From the NCBI GenBank assembly GCA_010015585.1, contig ML975163.1: a DNA stretch of 64,000 nt; one strand, given 5' to 3'. The notes beneath the pieces were generated by a model that had not been told where the DNA came from, made no database searches, and saw only the letters and a program-made list of their open reading frames with translations. Below are positions 62,014 through 64,000 of this stretch, one piece after another. The first letter of the stretch is position 1. Each line of letters begins with the position of its first letter. Source of the stretch: Eremomyces bilateralis CBS 781.70. Its lineage: Eukaryota. Both the position numbers and the translations under genes were made by a program.

Positions 62014-62857
62014 ATGCCCCAGCCATGGGATTACATCGCAAAGATAGTCTCCTTGGGAGACTCCGGGTGCGGGAAATCAAGCGTATGCCTCGATCGCACC
62101 ACCTTGACTGCGAAACCCGCTGACCGCCATCTAGTTAACCATCCGACTATGTGAGGGCCGGTTCTCCCCCTACCACGACGTAACCATCGGCGTCGAATTC
62201 GGCTCCCGCATCGTCCCCGTCGGACCGCCGGCGTCCCACGCCCTCCGAGTCAACGACCCTTCCACCACCAACACCGACGATGGCCCTCCGCTGGGACTTC
62301 CCGAGCCAAAGCCAAAAGTGGAGAAACAAAAGCAGAAGCACATGAAGCTCAGCATATGGGACACCGCGGGCCAAGAGACCTACAAGTCGGTCACGCGGAG
62401 CTACTTCCGGGCTGCCAGCGGCGCGCTGCTGGTCTTCGACATCACGCGACGCGAGACGTTCCTATCCGTTACATCGTGGCTGAACGACCTGCGGCAGATC
62501 GCGGAAGACCATGTCGTCGTGGTGTTGGTGGGGAATAAGTCCGATCTGGCGGGCTCGAGCATGGGGACGGACGGCGAAAACCGGCGGCAAGTGCGCAAAG
62601 AGGAGGCGGATCAGTGGTGCAAGGACAACAACGTGATGTGCTACGTTGAGACGAGCGCGAAGAGCGGCGAGGGCGTCGAAAGTGCATTCTTACAGGTTGC
62701 AGAAAGGATATATCAGAACATTGAGGCGGGGATGTACGATCTGAACGATCGTCGGAGCGGAGTGAAGGGGCCGAAGCTGGGGAATAATGCGAGGACGGTG
62801 AATCTAGGGTTGAATGATCGCGATGGAGGGAAGGGGGCCGGAAATGGCTGTTGTTGA
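62014..62857 (+). CDS. Rab2-like small GTPase; intron 62083-62134
   Basis: WDYIAKIVSLGDSGCGKSS|LTIR, HDVTIGVEFG (Rab2-type effector loop), WDTAGQE, TRSYFR, GNKSD, ETSAK, C-terminal CC prenylation motif. Confidence 0.92.
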
Positions 62858-64000
62858 GTTGTCGACGGCATCTCCTGGGAACATCCATATCATTGGGGTC
62901 CCCAACATTCTTGTCTGTTCTTATTCGAAACTTATGTGTCCGATGAGCATGGCGTTACGGATCGTCACTCGAAGTATACGCAGTCGGCCTTTCATGGGCC
63001 TAACCGCTTGTTACGTGGATTACCTATATTATACTTGTGGCACGGCTTAAGTGTCCTTGGAAAGCTTGGGCCAACGATAATTGTTTTTCGTTTGAAGTCC
63101 TTTTTAATCTTCCATGTCGGGCTAATCTAGAGTTCTTGTCCGGTTATTGTCAAGATTGCAAGAATGCTTCCTGTGAGCACACATGACCACATATATTTGA
63201 TACCAACTGCCGGAATGAGGGACGGAACGAAAAATGAATATCAAATCAGTCGCTGTAAAGAGCTTGGCACTTAGGAAGTTTGGACTATCGAATTGCGCGG
63301 CCTGACAAGTCACAAGAGTGACAACGGATCTGCGACGTTTCCCACGCCGATCAATCTCCTTCTCCGATCCCACCGCCAAGCCTCGCCGATATGGTCCTCT
63401 ACTTCGATGGGTTGGTGGAAATCTGGACCAATTTTCCAAGACTTCGTCCGCTGGAGATTGATCATTTGCTTTCTTGGGTAATCTCTTGCGACTACTTATG
63501 ATGACACGCCAAGGCGTCGCTAGACGGCATCCCACGATGATCAGAAAGTAGCTCCGGCCAAGACCATGCCGTGAAATGCTTTACGCGGCTTGGGGGGCAG
63601 TGATGGATAGGGAGGGCTGATCAGCGAGGGAGCAGTGATTTGTTAGATATGAGTTCCAGAGGAATATATACCCGACGGCCTATCGAAGGTTTCCTCCTCC
63701 CGCATCGCTTCGCGCTTTATGAACTCTGTCCCGTTCATCTCGTGTCTAGCGTATCATACCATCGGAATATCTCAACATAATGCCCCGATTGGCGCCCCGA
63801 CCGAGCCGAAGCAGCGAGAATCTGAACCCCGATCTCTCCGTATTGCGCAAGTGGCATAAACTCGGAGATCATATGTCTAAAGATGAAAGAGAGTGGAACG
63901 ATCCCGTCATCCCATCCAGACCGAGCTCCGGACCGTACGTACCCCCTCTCCAACACCCCCATCCCCTCACAACATCTAACCTCTCCACAGCGGTCAAACC

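Overview
Intron-containing genomic DNA from a filamentous ascomycete (Pezizomycotina-type genes; short introns with CTRAC branch sites). I can support 17 protein-coding genes: a dynamin/Mx-like GTPase, a DUF3237-like secreted protein, a PTH11-like membrane protein, a MYND-associated-family protein, an MFS transporter (apparent frameshift at a G15 run), an SDR, mitochondrial malonyl-CoA:ACP transacylase, a Zn2Cys6 factor fused to a hexapeptide acetyltransferase-like domain, HEM2, a large nucleotidyltransferase-like/ankyrin protein, a type-B carboxylesterase, an intronless sacsin-like GHKL protein with a C-terminal HEXXH motif, a choice-of-anchor-B-like secreted protein, a subtilisin, a GH7 cellobiohydrolase, a CTL/PNS1-like protein and a Rab2-like GTPase. 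The 7.3-13.3 kb interval is largely a decay zone. It holds two TA-flanked MITEs, an SGNH-hydrolase pseudogene with RIP-like stops, and a frameshifted remnant with two HET-s-register (amyloid-like) pseudo-repeats. The best candidates for undescribed biology are the NTase-ankyrin protein, the GHKL-HEXXH protein and the amyloid-motif remnant. Family assignments come from motif recognition by eye, not database searches.
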